DNA of 64,000 nucleotides from Chiloscyllium plagiosum (taxonomy: Eukaryota). Under the pieces are notes generated by a model. It saw only the letters and a list, made by a program, of their open reading frames with translations. It was not told the origin of the DNA and did not search any database. Shown piece by piece: positions 13,856 to 27,204 of this stretch (position 1 is the first letter of the stretch; each line of letters opens with the position of its first letter). The translations under genes were made by a program, and so were the position numbers. Where the stretch lies: positions 10,978,132 to 11,042,131 of the forward strand of contig NC_057727.1 in the NCBI RefSeq assembly GCF_004010195.1. Reading direction: 5' to 3'.

Positions 13856-14644
13856 AACTCTTCCACCTCTGTTTCTATACTCCCTACTCCTTTCATTTCA
13901 CAGTTAGCACCTGTGCCTTCAGCCATCTAAGGGAAGGTTCTGGAAGTCTTTTACTAAGCTTCTCCTTTTAAGGTTATCTGCAAAAACTGTCTTGTCTGTG
14001 CTTTGTCTAATCTTGAACTTAGCATTCATTTTTGTCCAATTTAGCCCTGTAATGTTAAAGATGGTAACTAAATGAAGAATGTTATTCAAACTATCATTCC
14101 TGCATAGTTGACTTTGATAAAGTCTAAAATTAAGATCTTTGTATTCTGTTCAATCCTATACCACTTTTAAACTGTCAGAAAAGATAACGTCATGGCACAG
14201 AAGAAGTCTTCAGTCTGTGGTCCTTATTCATAGCCGCATTTCATTTTTGAATTGACTGAGTTAAGTGATAGCATGAAAAATATCTTTATTCTATGGTTAT
14301 GCCAACTCTTTTGAACTTTAAACATAAAAATGAAACTTCAAGGTTTTGGCTTCATTTGCAATGTGAGGTTGTTTCAAAGTCCACTATTGTTGTTCCGCTA
14401 TCCTGTTTGCTAACATTGTTGCCTGTTTAGTTATTGCTAGACCCTTTATGTCACTGAAGTAAAATGAAGTTATTTGAAGTTTGAATAAAGTTACCAATAG
14501 GCTTGCTTCAAGATTTGTCAGTTATCCTTAGTACGGTCCTCGAGTTGTAGCAATGGCCTTGGTCCACTCCTTAAATGCATTGTTAGTCCTTGTCGGTGCA
14601 TATTCTGCAAAATGTTAATGTTTGTTCTTCTAATGGATTCTTAG

Positions 14645-14748
14645 GGATTTGAACATGTCTGAGTTTGTCTACAATCCCAAAGCTGGTCCTTGCATCTATG
14701 ACCTGGTTGCAGTCACTAACCACTATGGAGGAATGGGAGGAGGCCATT
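14645..14748 (+). CDS. USP4: USP4 coding exon (His box)
   Basis: ttag| [34 protein letters not shown] |gtaagt. Confidence 0.97.
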
Positions 14749-14832
14749 GTAAGTTAGTTAGTTTTATTCATTGAAAATTGACATTCATTACTTGTGGAAG
14801 TAGAAGTATAATTTTCTTTGTCTTGCCAACAG

Positions 14833-14921
14833 ATACTGCATATGCTAAAAATAAAATTGATGGACAGTGGTATTACTTTGATGACAGTAGTGTATCAGGT
14901 GCATCTGAAGATCAGATTGTG
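14833..14921 (+). CDS. USP4: USP4 coding exon (catalytic Asp)
   Basis: aacag| [30 protein letters not shown] |gtaagt, after an 84-nt intron. Confidence 0.97.
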
Positions 14922-15569
14922 GTAAGTTGCACTAAATACAGCGCATAAAATATTGTCGTATTTGGGAAGTTGTCGTAAGTGAAAAGTATTTGTTGCATGC
15001 TTGCACACAATTTTATAACTGACTCCATAAGGGGGCCAGATTAATCTGATAAATGTGAAGAGTTTGACTTTTGCAATTGAGATTACCATATCTGAATTTT
15101 TTTTCATTAACCCCTTTATGTTCAACCATATTCAAATTACCTTTGCCCTAGTTGACATCAGCCTCTTAATTGGCATCTGTGAAATGCTTTAGATTGTTTA
15201 GCTTTTTTAAAATTATTCTCTGGGTGTTCCTTATTGTTTTCCACAAGTTGATATGTTTAAGACACAATTCACCTCATCATTGCTGCTAAAGTTTCCTATA
15301 GAAAAGTTCCATATATAAAGCTGTCAGTATCAACAGACCTTTTCTCTGTAAAGGATTTTATTCCTAAATTTCAGCAATCGGAAATCAATCAGCTGTTTGT
15401 CATAGTCCTGCATCTTTTTTTCTAATCTTGCATTTTTACCATCAGTCTCTTTTTGCTTCCCTTCAACACTTCAATTTCTATGTCTCAAACAGAAAACCTA
15501 AATCGTTCTTATGGAAATCACTATGTTGGTGATTGCTACTGTAGTAAATTTGCGGTTTTCTAACTTTGT

Positions 15570-17165
15570 CTACATAGAACTGTATAGCACAAGGATGAGC
15601 CCTACAGCCCAACGTGCTGAACATGACGCCAAATTAAATTGATCCCTTCTGCCTGCCCTTGGTCCATATCCCTCCATTCCTTGCATATTCATGTCTTTAT
15701 CTAAAAGTCCCCGAAATGTCCTTATTATATCTGCCGTCGCCTCCACTCCTGGCAGTGCATTCCAGACTCCTCCTCCTGTGTAAAAACCGTGCCCCTCACA
15801 TCTCCTTTGAACTTTTCCCCCCTCGCCTTGAATGCATGCCCCTTGTTTTGGACATTTTGACACTGGGAAAAAGATTCTTACTATCAGTCCTAACTATGCA
15901 TTATCATAATTTTATGGACTTCTATCAAGTATTCCCTCAGCCTGCACTTCTCCAGAGAAAGCAACCCAAGTTTTTCTAGTCTTTCCTTATAGTTCATACC
16001 CTCTAATCCAGCAGCATCCTGGTAAACCTCTTCTTCGCCCGCTCCAACGCCTCTCCATCTTGCCTGTAATGTGGCACCCAGAATTGAACACAGTACTCTG
16101 TATGGCCTAACCAAAGTCCTCTAAAGCACATGATATCCTCTCTCTTGTACTCAATTCCCTGATCAATAAAGGCAAGCATGCCATACGCCACCTTTACCAC
16201 CCTATCTACTTGAATGGCTACTTTCAGGGAGCTACACACTTTATCCCCAAGATCATTCTATACATCAGTGCTGTTCAGAATCCTGCCATTAACTGTATAC
16301 TTTTCATTAACATTCAATTTCCCAAAGTGCAGCACCTCACACTTACCTGGATTAAACTCCAACTGCCATTTTTATCTCAAACAGCAGAGGTCCCAGTACA
16401 GAATCCTGTGTCACAGGCCTCCAGCCTGAAAAGCACCCTTCCACCTCTACCCTCTGTTTTCTATGGGCAAGCCGATTCCACACGGCCAAGTCATCATGGA
16501 TCCCATGCATGTAAACCTTCTGGAACCTACCAGGAGGGACCTTGTCAAAATCCATGTAAAGAACATCCACTGCTCTAGCCTCATTGATCACCTTCGTCAT
16601 CAGCTCAAAATTCAGTTGTTAGTAAGACATGACTTGCCCTGCACAAAGCCATGCTGATTAACTATGCTTTTCCAAATGTATGTAAATCCTATCCCTAAGA
16701 ATTCTCTCCAATAGCTTCCCAATCATCGATGTGAGACTCACCAATCCGTTTCCTGGATTATCTCTATTTCCCTCCTTATATAGAGGAAGAACTTCAGCTG
16801 CTTGCCAGTCCTTTTGGATCTCTAGGACCTCTCCAGTGGCTAACAAGAATACAAAGATCTTGATGAAGGCCCCACTAATCTTCTTTTTTCCATCTCTCAA
16901 TAACCTGGAGTAGATGCCATCAGACCGTGGGACTTATCCACCTTGATGTTCTTCAAGAGACCCAAAGCCAGTTCGTTCTTGATCACACAATACCCTTGCG
17001 TATTAGCATGCTCCACACAAATCTCACTATCCTCCATGGTATTAGAATTAGCCTTATTATCAAGTGCACCTTTCTCCTGGGTGAATACCGACGCAAATTA
17101 TTCATTTAAGATCTTGCCCACATTGTCTATCTCCAAGCACAAGTTCCCTCCTTTGTCCTTGACTA
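15570..17165 (-). mobile_element. CR1 LINE, truncated and decayed
   Basis: RT pieces: PLYKEGNRDNPGN..VSLTSMIGKLLERI, AVDVLYMDFDKVP, EYCVQFW. Confidence 0.85.
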
Positions 17166-17778
17166 CTGTCATTCTTTCGTCCCTGTTCTCCAGTCAACCT
17201 TTGGTCATTGTCTACTGATCATTCCATAAACCAGGTGCTTGCATGGATTCCATTCCCATTAAAAGATGGCCATCTCAAGTCTCCAAACTCCTTGCCCTCA
17301 CTGCTCTCAAATTCATAGACTTCGCTTCCATGTTTATGTGGACAATATTTCAACTGTATCTCATACGTTGTGCACCACATCAATACCGCTAATTAAACAA
17401 TGTTAAGATTGAAATAGAGTTGAGGATTATCAGATCAACCATGATCTCCTTGGTGGAGCAGTCTTGATGGATTAAACGGCCTATTTCTACTATGTCTTTG
17501 TGTCCTCTCAGTGATGCCCTATGTTCAAGCCTTGTTTAACTTGAATTGACCTTTAACTCCCCGATCAAGTCCAACTTAGATTCTTTTGATATTTTTTTTT
17601 AAGTGTTTTAATAGTCGTACAATTGAGTTCAGAAGTGAATCTCAGGATAAAATGTGATATCAAAGTTGCCAACAGACTGGTTTCATCTTGGCGTGTTTCC
17701 AGACGGAAGATGGAATGTTAAAACATCAGGAGTACACCGTTTGGCGCTCAAGCATGCGTTACCATTTAGGATAATCAT

Positions 17779-18091
17779 GATTAGATTCCCTACAGTGTGG
17801 AAGCAGGCCCTTCGGCCCAACAGGTCCACACTGACCCTCTGAAAAGTAACCCACCCAGACCCATTTGCCCCTAACTAATACACCTAATACTATGGGCAAT
17901 TTAGCATGGCCAATCCACTTTACGCACATCTCTTTGGATTGTGGGTGGAAACCAGAGCACTCGGGGGAAACCCATGCAGACATGGGGAGAATGTGCAAAC
18001 TCCACACAGACAGTCGCCCAAGGCTGGAATGGGACCCGGGTCCCTGGTGCTGTGAGGCTGCAGTGCTAACCACTGAGCCACCATGCCACCC
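17779..18091 (-). mobile_element. HE1-type V-SINE
   Basis: tRNA-like head GGTGGCTCAGTGGTTAGCAC, V-domain GTGTGGAGTTTGCACATTCTCCCC..GGTTTCC, CR1-like tail. Confidence 0.85.
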
Positions 18092-18504
18092 CTTAACCAT
18101 ACTTAACCATCTGCGCCACTTGCACATTTTTTTTCTTGCTTAGTCCCCTCCCATGAATCAACAAACCAGAAATATGTCTGTCTTTCCATAAAATCAGCAT
18201 GAATATCACAATCATTTGAAGTGGATAATTTCAGTAGGAGAAAGAAAAATCTCCTTATCTCAGTTTAAAATCATCAGTCTCTTAAGGCTGTTCTCCTAGC
18301 AAGAAGAAAAAACTTACTGTCTATTTTATCAAGATCCCTTCATCTTCTATGTTTCAATGAGATTGACTCCTATTCTTCTAAACTTCAGTGAACATAGGTC
18401 TACTTCTCATCATAGGACAACCCTTTCTCATTGTACCAACCAATGTAGTATACCTTTTCTTTACCTTGATTGCTTCCTGTATCGTTTGAGTTCCTTGTGT
18501 GAGT

Positions 18505-20200
18505 GCAAAGAAAATCTACAGCCCAGGAACAGGCCCTTTGGCCCTCCAAGCCTGAACTGATTCAAATCCACTGTCTAAACTTATCGCCCAATTCCTAAGC
18601 ATCTGTATCTCTCTGCTCCCCACCTACTTGCGTATCTGTCCAGACACACCTTAAAATAAATCTACCACGCCTGCCTCTGCTATCTCTGCTGGCAACTCGT
18701 TGCAGGCACCTACCGCCCTCTGTCTAAAGTACTTTCCACATGTATCCTCCTTAAACTTTTCACCTCTCACCTTGAATGCATGACCCCTCGTTATTGAATC
18801 CCTTACCCTGGGAAAAAGCTTATCTCTATCCACCCTGTCTATACCCTTCATGATTTTGTAGACCTCTGTCAGGTCCCCCCTCGATCTCCTTTTTCTAATG
18901 AAAACAATCCTAACCTACTCAACTTCTCTTCATAGTTAGCACCTTCCATACCAGGCAACATCCTCGTAAACCTTCTGTGCACCCTCTCCAAAGCATCCAC
19001 ATTCCTTTGGAAGTGTGGCGACCAGAACTGTACACAGTATTCTAAATGAGGCCGGACCAAAGTCTTGTACAATTTTAACATGACCTGCCAGCCCTTATAC
19101 TCAATACCCCATCCAGTGAAGGCAAGCGTACTGTATGCCTTCTTGACCACTCTGTTCACCTGAGCAGCCACCTTCAGGAACTTGTGGATCTCTCTGATCA
19201 TCAACTTTTCCCAAGGGTCTTCCATTTACATGATAGTTCGCTCTAGAATTAGACTTACCAAAATGCATCACCTCACATTTGCCTGGATTGAACTCCGTCT
19301 GCCACTTCTCCTCCCAAATCTCCAGTCTATCTATATTATCCGAGAGTCCCCTATGCTTTCTGCTATCCCACCAATCTTCGTGTCATCTGCAAACTTACTA
19401 ATCAGGGCTCTTCCAGATCATTTATGTATATCAGAAACAACAGTGGCCCCAGCACTGATCCCTTTGGAACACTATTGATTACCTTTCTCCATTTAGAGGA
19501 ACTCCCTTCAATTACTACTCTGTCTCCTGTTGCTCAGTCAGTTCTTTATCCACCTCGGTAGAACACCCTGCACAGCATGTGACTTCACTTTCTCCATTAG
19601 TTTACCATGGGGAACCTTATCAAATGCCTGACGAAAGTCCAATTATATGACATCTACAGCTCTTCCTTCGTCTGTCAACTTGGTCACTTCCTCAAAGAGC
19701 TCTAAGTTGGTACGCACAATTCTCCGCCCACTGCACAAAACCATGTTGTCTATCACTGATAAGCCCATTCTTGTTCAAATATGAATAGATGTTATCATTC
19801 TCCAGCAACTTTCCCACCACTGATGTCAGTTACCTGGAATATCCTTACTACCATCCTTGTACAGGGGGCAGTCCTCTGGCACTTTACCTGCATTTAAGGA
19901 TGTTACAAAGATATGTCAAGGCCCTAGCTATTTCCTCTCTCCCCTCCCTCAGCAACCTGGGATAGATCCCATCCGGTCCTGGGATTTGTCTGCCTTAATA
20001 ACCTCTAGCCTACCCAACACATCTTCCCTCCTAATTGTCAACATGATCCAGAGTAAACAAACTTCGATCTCTAATCTCAACATTCATCACGTCCCTCTCA
20101 TCAGTGAACACTGATGCAAAGTAATCATTGAAAATTTACCCATTTTCTCAGGTTTGACACACAGTCTTCCTTATCCTTCAGTGGACCAACTCTCTCTCTA
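18505..20200 (-). mobile_element. CR1 LINE, truncated
   Basis: LYKTLVRPHLEYCVQFWSPH; same subfamily as 36420-38187. Confidence 0.85.
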
Positions 20201-20201
20201 T

Positions 20202-20390
20202 TAGGCAGCATCTGAAGAGCGGGAAAATTGACATTTCAGGCCAGAGCCCTTCATCAGAAATGGCTGCTGATGAAGGGCTCCAGCCCGAAATGTCAATTTT
20301 CCTGCTCGGATGCTGCCTGACCTGCTGTGCTTTTTCAGCAACACGTTCTCAACTCTGATCTCCAGCATCCGCAGACCTCACTGTCTCCTC
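20202..20390. repeat. Fold-back pair of Penelope pLTR fragments
   Basis: Inverted copies around 20260; CTGATGA-A-GGGCT-CC-AGCCC-GAAAT-GTC. Confidence 0.7.
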
Positions 20391-20709
20391 TTTCTCTAGT
20401 TACCCTCTTGCTGCTTATATATGAATAAATGAGTATATATGTGAGTGAGCTGAAGTTTCCTTTGAACGTCAGCATTTAGAAATTTCACAATTTTTAAATT
20501 TGTTTTTAAATTTCTTAACTTCCATCTGCCACCTTGTTGCCTACTCACTTTGATCTTGAGTAACCTGACGCAGGACAAGAAATGGATTATAAAAGAATTT
20601 TGAAGAAGCAGCAACAAATGCAAGATTTTTTTTCCATTATGTATGGTAAATTGCATTGCACCGACCACCAAAACTTGGTCATTAACTGGGATTTTTTTAT
20701 TTTTTCTAG

Positions 20710-20847
20710 ACAAAAGCAGCTTATGTTCTTTTCTACCAGCGTAGAGACTCCAATAACCATCACAACAGTTCACCTGCTTCCTTGAGTTCTCCTGAAGAGA
20801 ATGGTGAGAATAGAAAAAATGAAGAAGATAGAATGGATACCAACTAA
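20710..20847 (+). CDS. USP4: USP4 last coding exon
   Basis: ttttctag| TKAAYVLFYQRRDSNNHHNSSPASLSSPEENGENRKNEEDRMDTN*; C-terminal MDTN as in USP4. Confidence 0.96.
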   Translation, partial: TKAAYVLFYQRRDSNNHHNSSPASLSSPEENGENRKNEEDRMDTN

Positions 20848-21576
20848 GATGAAACTGCATGATTTGGCAACAAGAAATTAGATCTACTGTTTTTGGATTG
20901 TGTTGCTCTACCATCAGCACCAGCTGCCTTCAGGGTAGGGGACAAGAACCCTCTTGAAACAGCAACTTTTTAAAAACAAAATTGATCAGATCTGAATGAA
21001 TGGGTGAGCAAATATAACATGCTCTGTTTCAGAATCTACTGATTTCTGATGGCAATTAATGAATGTCACTGTAAAATAAACTGCTTTGGAAATTTTTAAG
21101 TGAGTTTTTTTCTCATCAGCTATTTAAGATAAGGATTTTAGTTCGGTTTATTTTTGAAAAGGGTTGCAGTTTCTCTCCTTCCTTCCCAGATTAATTTTCT
21201 GTCCAATTTGAAATTTTAAGTTATGTCACAAACCTTGCATTGCCTGTATTGTTTCCTCTTATTGATAAAATGGTATTTCTTTGCATGAGTGACACCTTAC
21301 ATCTTAACCTGGAAATGTTGCATTATGAATTTGTAGCAGAGCACTGGTTTATTTGTGGTTTGGCTACTGAGACTCAAATAATAAAATTTGTAATATTATA
21401 TTGTATTATAGGCGGCACAGGAACAGAGGTTTCCAAACCCCAGGTGCGATACTGATCCAAACCAGCATAACCTTGCTGGTATGTATTGTAATGTAAATTT
21501 CACATCAGTTTCTTCTAGTCTTTTTGCTCAAACTGGCACTTTGTAAGTAGCTGGTTTTAATACATATGTCTACATA

Positions 21577-21582
21577 AATAAA
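21577..21582 (+). terminator. Candidate USP4 poly(A) signal (alternatives at 21075 and 21380)
   Basis: AATAAA followed by a GT-rich tract. Confidence 0.5.
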
Positions 21583-23074
21583 GACTGCTGATTGGAGCTG
21601 TGACTTGTCTGTCATGTGGGCTTACTAACGAGTGGAAATAGTGTCGTTATCTGAACACCAAGTTTTGAGGACAATGAATTAGCTGTTATTATATGGACTC
21701 TTGATTTCGAACAAAAATTGGCAAGTAGTTGTGAAATAGTAATAAATCTTAATTCAATCTAGAACCTCAACAGAAAATACTGATTTTACGGTCTTGTATG
21801 ACCACTATTATAATAGAGAAATACTCAGGATCTCAATATATTAATTTTGTACTGAGTGGATCCAAATTCATATGTGCTTAAAACACTTGGCAACCATGAT
21901 CTCCAGCAAAATCAGTTATAAATATGAATTTTTGCCTGTAGGTAGTGCTGTAATTACTTTTTGCACCAATGTCTATGGCTTCCCCTACTCTTTCCTGCAT
22001 TCTGGCTGAGCCACGGTATTTTAATTTATTGAAGTCACTTGTAATGTAACAAGATATTCCCCTTTTTGAGGCCATACTGCATCATTGTTGTTGCCTTGGA
22101 GCTGAAATGTTCCGAGACTGACAGCTTATTTCTGCCTCCCTATACCTGTCCAGATCTATCCTTTCCTCTCATCCTTAAACATCTAATCCTTCCGAAATCA
22201 TCAAGAACAATGAGTGAATTTAAATAGTAAAGGCTTGCTGTACTTCCTTACAAATCTATCCCTTTTACTACTTATCCCTTCATATCTCACCCTGCATACT
22301 ACACAGTTCTTTCTGATGTGCAAAACCACAAATGTTGACTACTAAAATAATTAAAAATGTAAAGCTCTCATATTTCCCTGTTGAATGTAGATAACAGCAA
22401 TATTTTACATGCCATTTGTAATTTCATTCATTACTTCAACCTTGCCCTTTTTCCTAGCCTGTGATTAATCTTGACCTTCTTGTGAACAGAATTGGCTTTC
22501 TGACTTAATACCTGGTGAAAGTTGTTTTTGTACATTGGGCCATTTGTGGTATTGTGAAAGTGATTAGTGAAGGATCAAGAGTCCCCTCCAAAACAAGCGA
22601 GAATGCCACAACAATAGTACTTTCCCCCTTTTCAACAGTCACTTTATATATATTTGTGGTGGAATCTGCAGATCACAATTTGGATTAACAACACATATGG
22701 AACAACATCAACCTAGACGCTGAATGTTTTGATTCTTTGCTGATCATCATTCAGTAGGAGAATCCATCATTTTATCAGACTCTATATTGTTCTCCTGAAG
22801 AGAGAACATTAGAAAACTAGCAGAGGGAGGGGTATGAAGTACATCAGCTTGAGGTGAATCTAAGAAGCATTCTTCGGGTGAGTGAGGTTTTTTTCTGACA
22901 AGCTATATTAGTACAATCACGTCAATTCTCAAAAGTCACTCATTTCCTCATAATGCAACAGTAATAAAGATATTAACAATACTGAAACCCCTTTGAGGAA
23001 GCACATTGAGCTTTTTGAAACTAGCATTCCAAAGTGAAATGCAGTGCTTACCAGAGAGCTCACTTGGAGAAACT

Positions 23075-23300
23075 ACTTTAGCTGGAGCAGTGAATCTATG
23101 GAGTTCATTGCCACAGAAGGCTTTGGAGGCCAGATCATTGAGTATATTTAAGAAGAGATAGATAGGTCCTTGATTGTCAAGGGGAATCAAAGTTTACAGG
23201 GAGAAAGCGGGAGAATGGGGTTGAGAAACTTATCAGCCGTGATTGAATGGCAGAGAAGATTTAATCGGCCAAATAGCCTCATTTCTTCTCCTATGTCTTA
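23075..23300 (+). mobile_element. CR1 3' UTR fragment
   Basis: GTGAATCTATGGAGTTCATTGCCACAGAAGGC..CCTATGTCTTATGG tail. Confidence 0.65.
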
Positions 23301-23982
23301 TGGTATTATTTGTAAAATCAGAAATGTACATTCTTGTACATGTTGCAAATGGAGATAATGTGACTGGATTTAAGTTCTCCATCTGCAATATTACACACAA
23401 CAGCACCCTTCAGTAATACTGATCAAAGTCTATTTTTAACTCTATGTTGACTGATGCAACATTTCAATTGGATTGTGAAACATGTATTTCACAATTTGAA
23501 GTGAAATGCAACTGTCAGTAACTTTGTGCTAGCTCATTCTGACGCTAAGTAGACTATGTTGAATATTTAAAGTTGATTCATGACTGATGAGACTAGCATT
23601 AGACAATCCTCGGCTGACTTTTGTCATTAATACCTTGTTTACTATCCCTGCCTCCCTAGAAAAACTCCCAAGGTAACCAGAAATAAATATATGAGCTTAT
23701 GACTTGAATCAAAAGAAAACATTAAAACATGGCATAGGCGAAGAGCAATAGAGGTGAAATACAGATTGTTACAATGTGTATGTTGCCTATATACTATTCA
23801 GTGTTCCGAGCAAATATGAAAACTGATCAAAGAATGTCAAACATTTTGAGATCACATGACATGGGAGGGGAGTCTAGTGTTGAGTGGACTACAGCGTCAT
23901 GGAGTCAAAAATTTAATCTTTTGCAATGCATTGTCCTCTACGGCCAATAAAACTCAGGCCAAAACTTAATGCACAAAGGTTA

Positions 23983-24195
23983 CAGGTCGTTCTGCTGTAA
24001 TGCAACAGTTGCGTTCTTCTACAACCCCATGTAATGGAAAACCGCTATAGAAAATCGCAGTGTTGAAGATCTGTATAGAAAATTGCTATACCAATTTGGT
24101 AAAAAGTTTGCCTTACCCAAATATCATCCAGAATTTGTCAGTCATATTACAGCCAATTCGTGTTGACAAAATGTGCTTTCTACAAGGACTACCTG
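23983..24195. mobile_element. Tigger-like MITE
   Basis: TA-CAGGTCGTTCT ... AGGACTACCTG-TA. Confidence 0.6.
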
Positions 24196-25878
24196 TAGTA
24201 TGATTAGAATGGCATGTAGATTGCTGGATTGTTTTGAGGAAAACGCTGTAAAAAGATGCATATACCAAGAAAAAGCATAAGCTTAAAACGAAAATAAAAG
24301 TCATGCAGGTAAGTTGCTTTACAAAGACTATCCAGATTTATACTGGTATGCATAGTCTGAAAAGTTCTGAGGCATTAGGAAATATAGTACCTGACATTTG
24401 CAACTTGAACTGGGTAAGCAGCAGGAGGTTAACTGGTGTTGCTGCGCTGTGTAGGGTCTGTTGGTTAGGCTCCATCAAATTAGGCATCCAGTACCTTGAT
24501 TCCTGCCAGTCTACACAAGTCTATGGTGAATCTAAAGGCTTCCAAAGCTTGACAATGATGCTAAGTAATCTTTTCAGTCTTGCTAGCATATTGGGCAATG
24601 CCTTCTGTTTGAACAGTTTTTAAAGGAATGATAAACTCATCCATCCCTTCATTATCTTCCCCTATCCAACAGGTAACCATTGATACACTAGCATTGTAGG
24701 AAAGATTAACCTCTCTTTCTTATTTACCTATTAAATGTTTAGTAAAGGATTGGCTTCCCTGACTGCTCATGCCTCTTGGTGGCTCTCATTCAAACAAAGA
24801 GCATGCTCTGTTCCTAGCAAATGTTACACCCTTGTACAGTTCAACCTGTGGTCATTATACCTACTTATTATTGCTGTTCCAACTTTGGAACCCATTTAAA
24901 CACAATGGCAAGCTTCAAATACTCAAGCAGATTCACCCAGGTAACAAGCATACCTAGAGCACCATCTCTATTTGAAAGGGATTCAGTGAGAAAGAGTTGA
25001 TTTATATCCTGCCTCAATGACCATAAGATGTTTCAAAGTTCTTACAGCCAATGAAATAATTTTTGACATGTAGCTATTGGGGAAGCAGCTTATTTACACA
25101 CAGCAAGCTATCACAATCAGTTGTGTATCAATAATTGGATAATTCATGTTATGATCATGAGGGCTAATAGTTGGAGTTTGAATTAAGTAAACCGTGTCTT
25201 TAATGCTATTAGGACTACTACTTTACATTTCAGTAACTATATCAAAAAGAAAATCCAGACCCACTAAAAACACAGAACAGCTTTCTTTTTCTGCTGAAAA
25301 ACCAGATCCAGAGCAGTGCTACATCACATTTGTGTTCAGTACAGCACATGCTACCATAAATGTAGATAATTATGTCCAAGATACAGAAATGTACCAACTA
25401 AATTCTAGGGAAATCTCAATTACTTCAGCTATATTTTAACCAAAATTCTGAAATATCAATTCTGTATGTAAGACAGATCATGATGTGAAAAGAGTAGTTT
25501 TCAACTTAAGTAATGACAGCATATTTTTCCTGTTTCAAGAACAAAAAATTGAGTATTCTTTACTTTGCAACCATAAGATTCATTTGAAAATGTAATACAG
25601 ATTGGTCAAATATAAGCTGGGAAATAGAGAATGTTGAATAATTTCATTTTAGAATTGAATTGGTTTAATATTTGAGCATTTATGAGAAGTTGTTTTAGAA
25701 TTAACACTTTTTATTAGACAAATTTTGGAGGATGATTTCATGTATGCAGTTGCAGTAGACATATAATGCGAGAGAGAAAATTTGGTTGAATATCTCATGA
25801 AAATCTACCTCTAATTTTGCATAGTTTAAGTTTCTGTAATGAAGCTGAAATGAAATAGTATTTTGACTGAAAAAAACA

Positions 25879-25884
25879 TTTATT
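25879..25884 (-). terminator. GPX poly(A) signal
   Basis: AATAAA on the minus strand, about 40 nt past the SECIS stem. Confidence 0.7.
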
Positions 25885-25920
25885 GGAACAGCCTCCTTTT
25901 ATATTAGATTGTAACAAATT

Positions 25921-26021
25921 AGTTTCTATGTCCAGTTAGACGTTTACAGGCTACATTAAGTACTTCTCCGTAGACCTTAAGAAAAGTACCATCATACAGT
26001 AAATGCCTAACATCAGAAACT
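25921..26021 (-). promoter_or_regulatory. SECIS element (form 1) with variant core
   Basis: Helix I TTAGGCATTTAC/GTAAACGTCTAA; ATGA (25995-25992); helix II GGTACTTTTCT/GGAGAAGTACT; apical AA 13 nt after ATGA as in GPX1; 3' core reads TAAT, not TGAT. Confidence 0.85.
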
Positions 26022-26350
26022 AGTTTGACTCACTCAGTACAGAAATGAGAATCTCTCTTTGCCCTCCCACTTGCTTTGGGAGAACTTTTTGGCAAGGGCA
26101 TATTGTATGCATTTTTCATTTACAACAAATTACATTCTAAAGAGTGAACAGACAAATTAGAAAAATCACTAAAGCCAATGCAGTAAATGTAATTGCATAC
26201 CTGTTGCTGTATCTCTTAAAATTTACAACTCAATGCATAGTCTTGGCAAAACTTTACTTTAGAAGAAAAACTGCCATCATGTAATATAACACCTAGGATT
26301 CAACATGTAATACACTAAATTTTAACTTATTTATCTGTATCATCACCAAG

Positions 26351-26701
26351 TCATTCATTCTTTGGAAGAAGAAATTTGATGTCATCTTCAACCTCAATGG
26401 TGAGAAAGTTTTTGCTATATCGTCTATATGGCTCACCATTTGGCCCAATAAGGAATTTCTCAAAATTCCAGCCAATATCAGAGCGACGGACTGGCTTCCA
26501 ATCTATAAACTTTGGATCGCGCATTAAGATGTCAGGATCATCATAAGCTTCAGGCAACTTCTTCTTCAGAAAAGTGAAGACTGGATTCTCATCTTCTCCA
26601 TTTACTTCAATCTTTTTGGACAAATAGAAATTTGGTTCAAAGCCATTGCCTGGACGGACATATTTCAAGGAATTAAGGATCTCCTCATTGTAGATATTTT
26701 C
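26351..26701 (-). CDS. GPX1: Glutathione peroxidase 1-like selenoprotein, exon 2
   Basis: ttgtag| [23 protein letters not shown]...[22 protein letters not shown]...PKNE*. Confidence 0.93.
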   Translation of the reverse strand, partial: ENIYNEEILNSLKYVRPGNGFEPNFYLSKKIEVNGEDENPVFTFLKKKLPEAYDDPDILMRDPKFIDWKPVRRSDIGWNFEKFLIGPNGEPYRRYSKNFLTIEVEDDIKFLLPKNE

Positions 26702-27204
26702 CTACAAAATCAATGTAAAAGTACATTAAACTTGTGGATTTCTAAATTGCAGATTTTTTCTTTCAGGACAAGTCTAAGACCACTATGGAATCACAGTTGA
26801 AACTATTTTGCATAGTATTACTGGGATTAAAATGATGAGTGATTCTATGTTCCTACGTTGCACATTTTTACTTAAACAATAACCAAACAAAAGTCTGAAT
26901 TAATCAAAGATTGACAATTGTTATCACAAACTTTAAGTGAATAAGGAGACTTAAATAAAACTCCTTAAAAGTAAAATTATTTCTGTAAAGTCTGAATTTC
27001 AAATTTGCATCTAAATAGCTATATAAGGTTTGATAACATTTTAATTTTTATCAGAAATATATTAATACGTATAACTGGGTCTGCAATAATATAAATCACT
27101 ATTTAGAATAAGGTTTACACTAAAAGAAACAAGTCAATTAAAACAAGTAGTAAAATGTTCTGCAAGAAAGGAATGTACTTTGTCCTGAAAAGTGTTCAGT
27201 TTAC

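Noticed and set aside
20396-20920. 174-aa minus-strand ORF
   Set aside because: Antisense shadow of the USP4 last exon; no recognisable motif
26351-26668. Track ORF as a complete 105-aa GPX, or TGA at 27310 as a nonsense mutation
   Set aside because: The ORF is part of exon 2; the TGA is at the canonical Sec position (ASL-U-GTT) and a SECIS-shaped element is present
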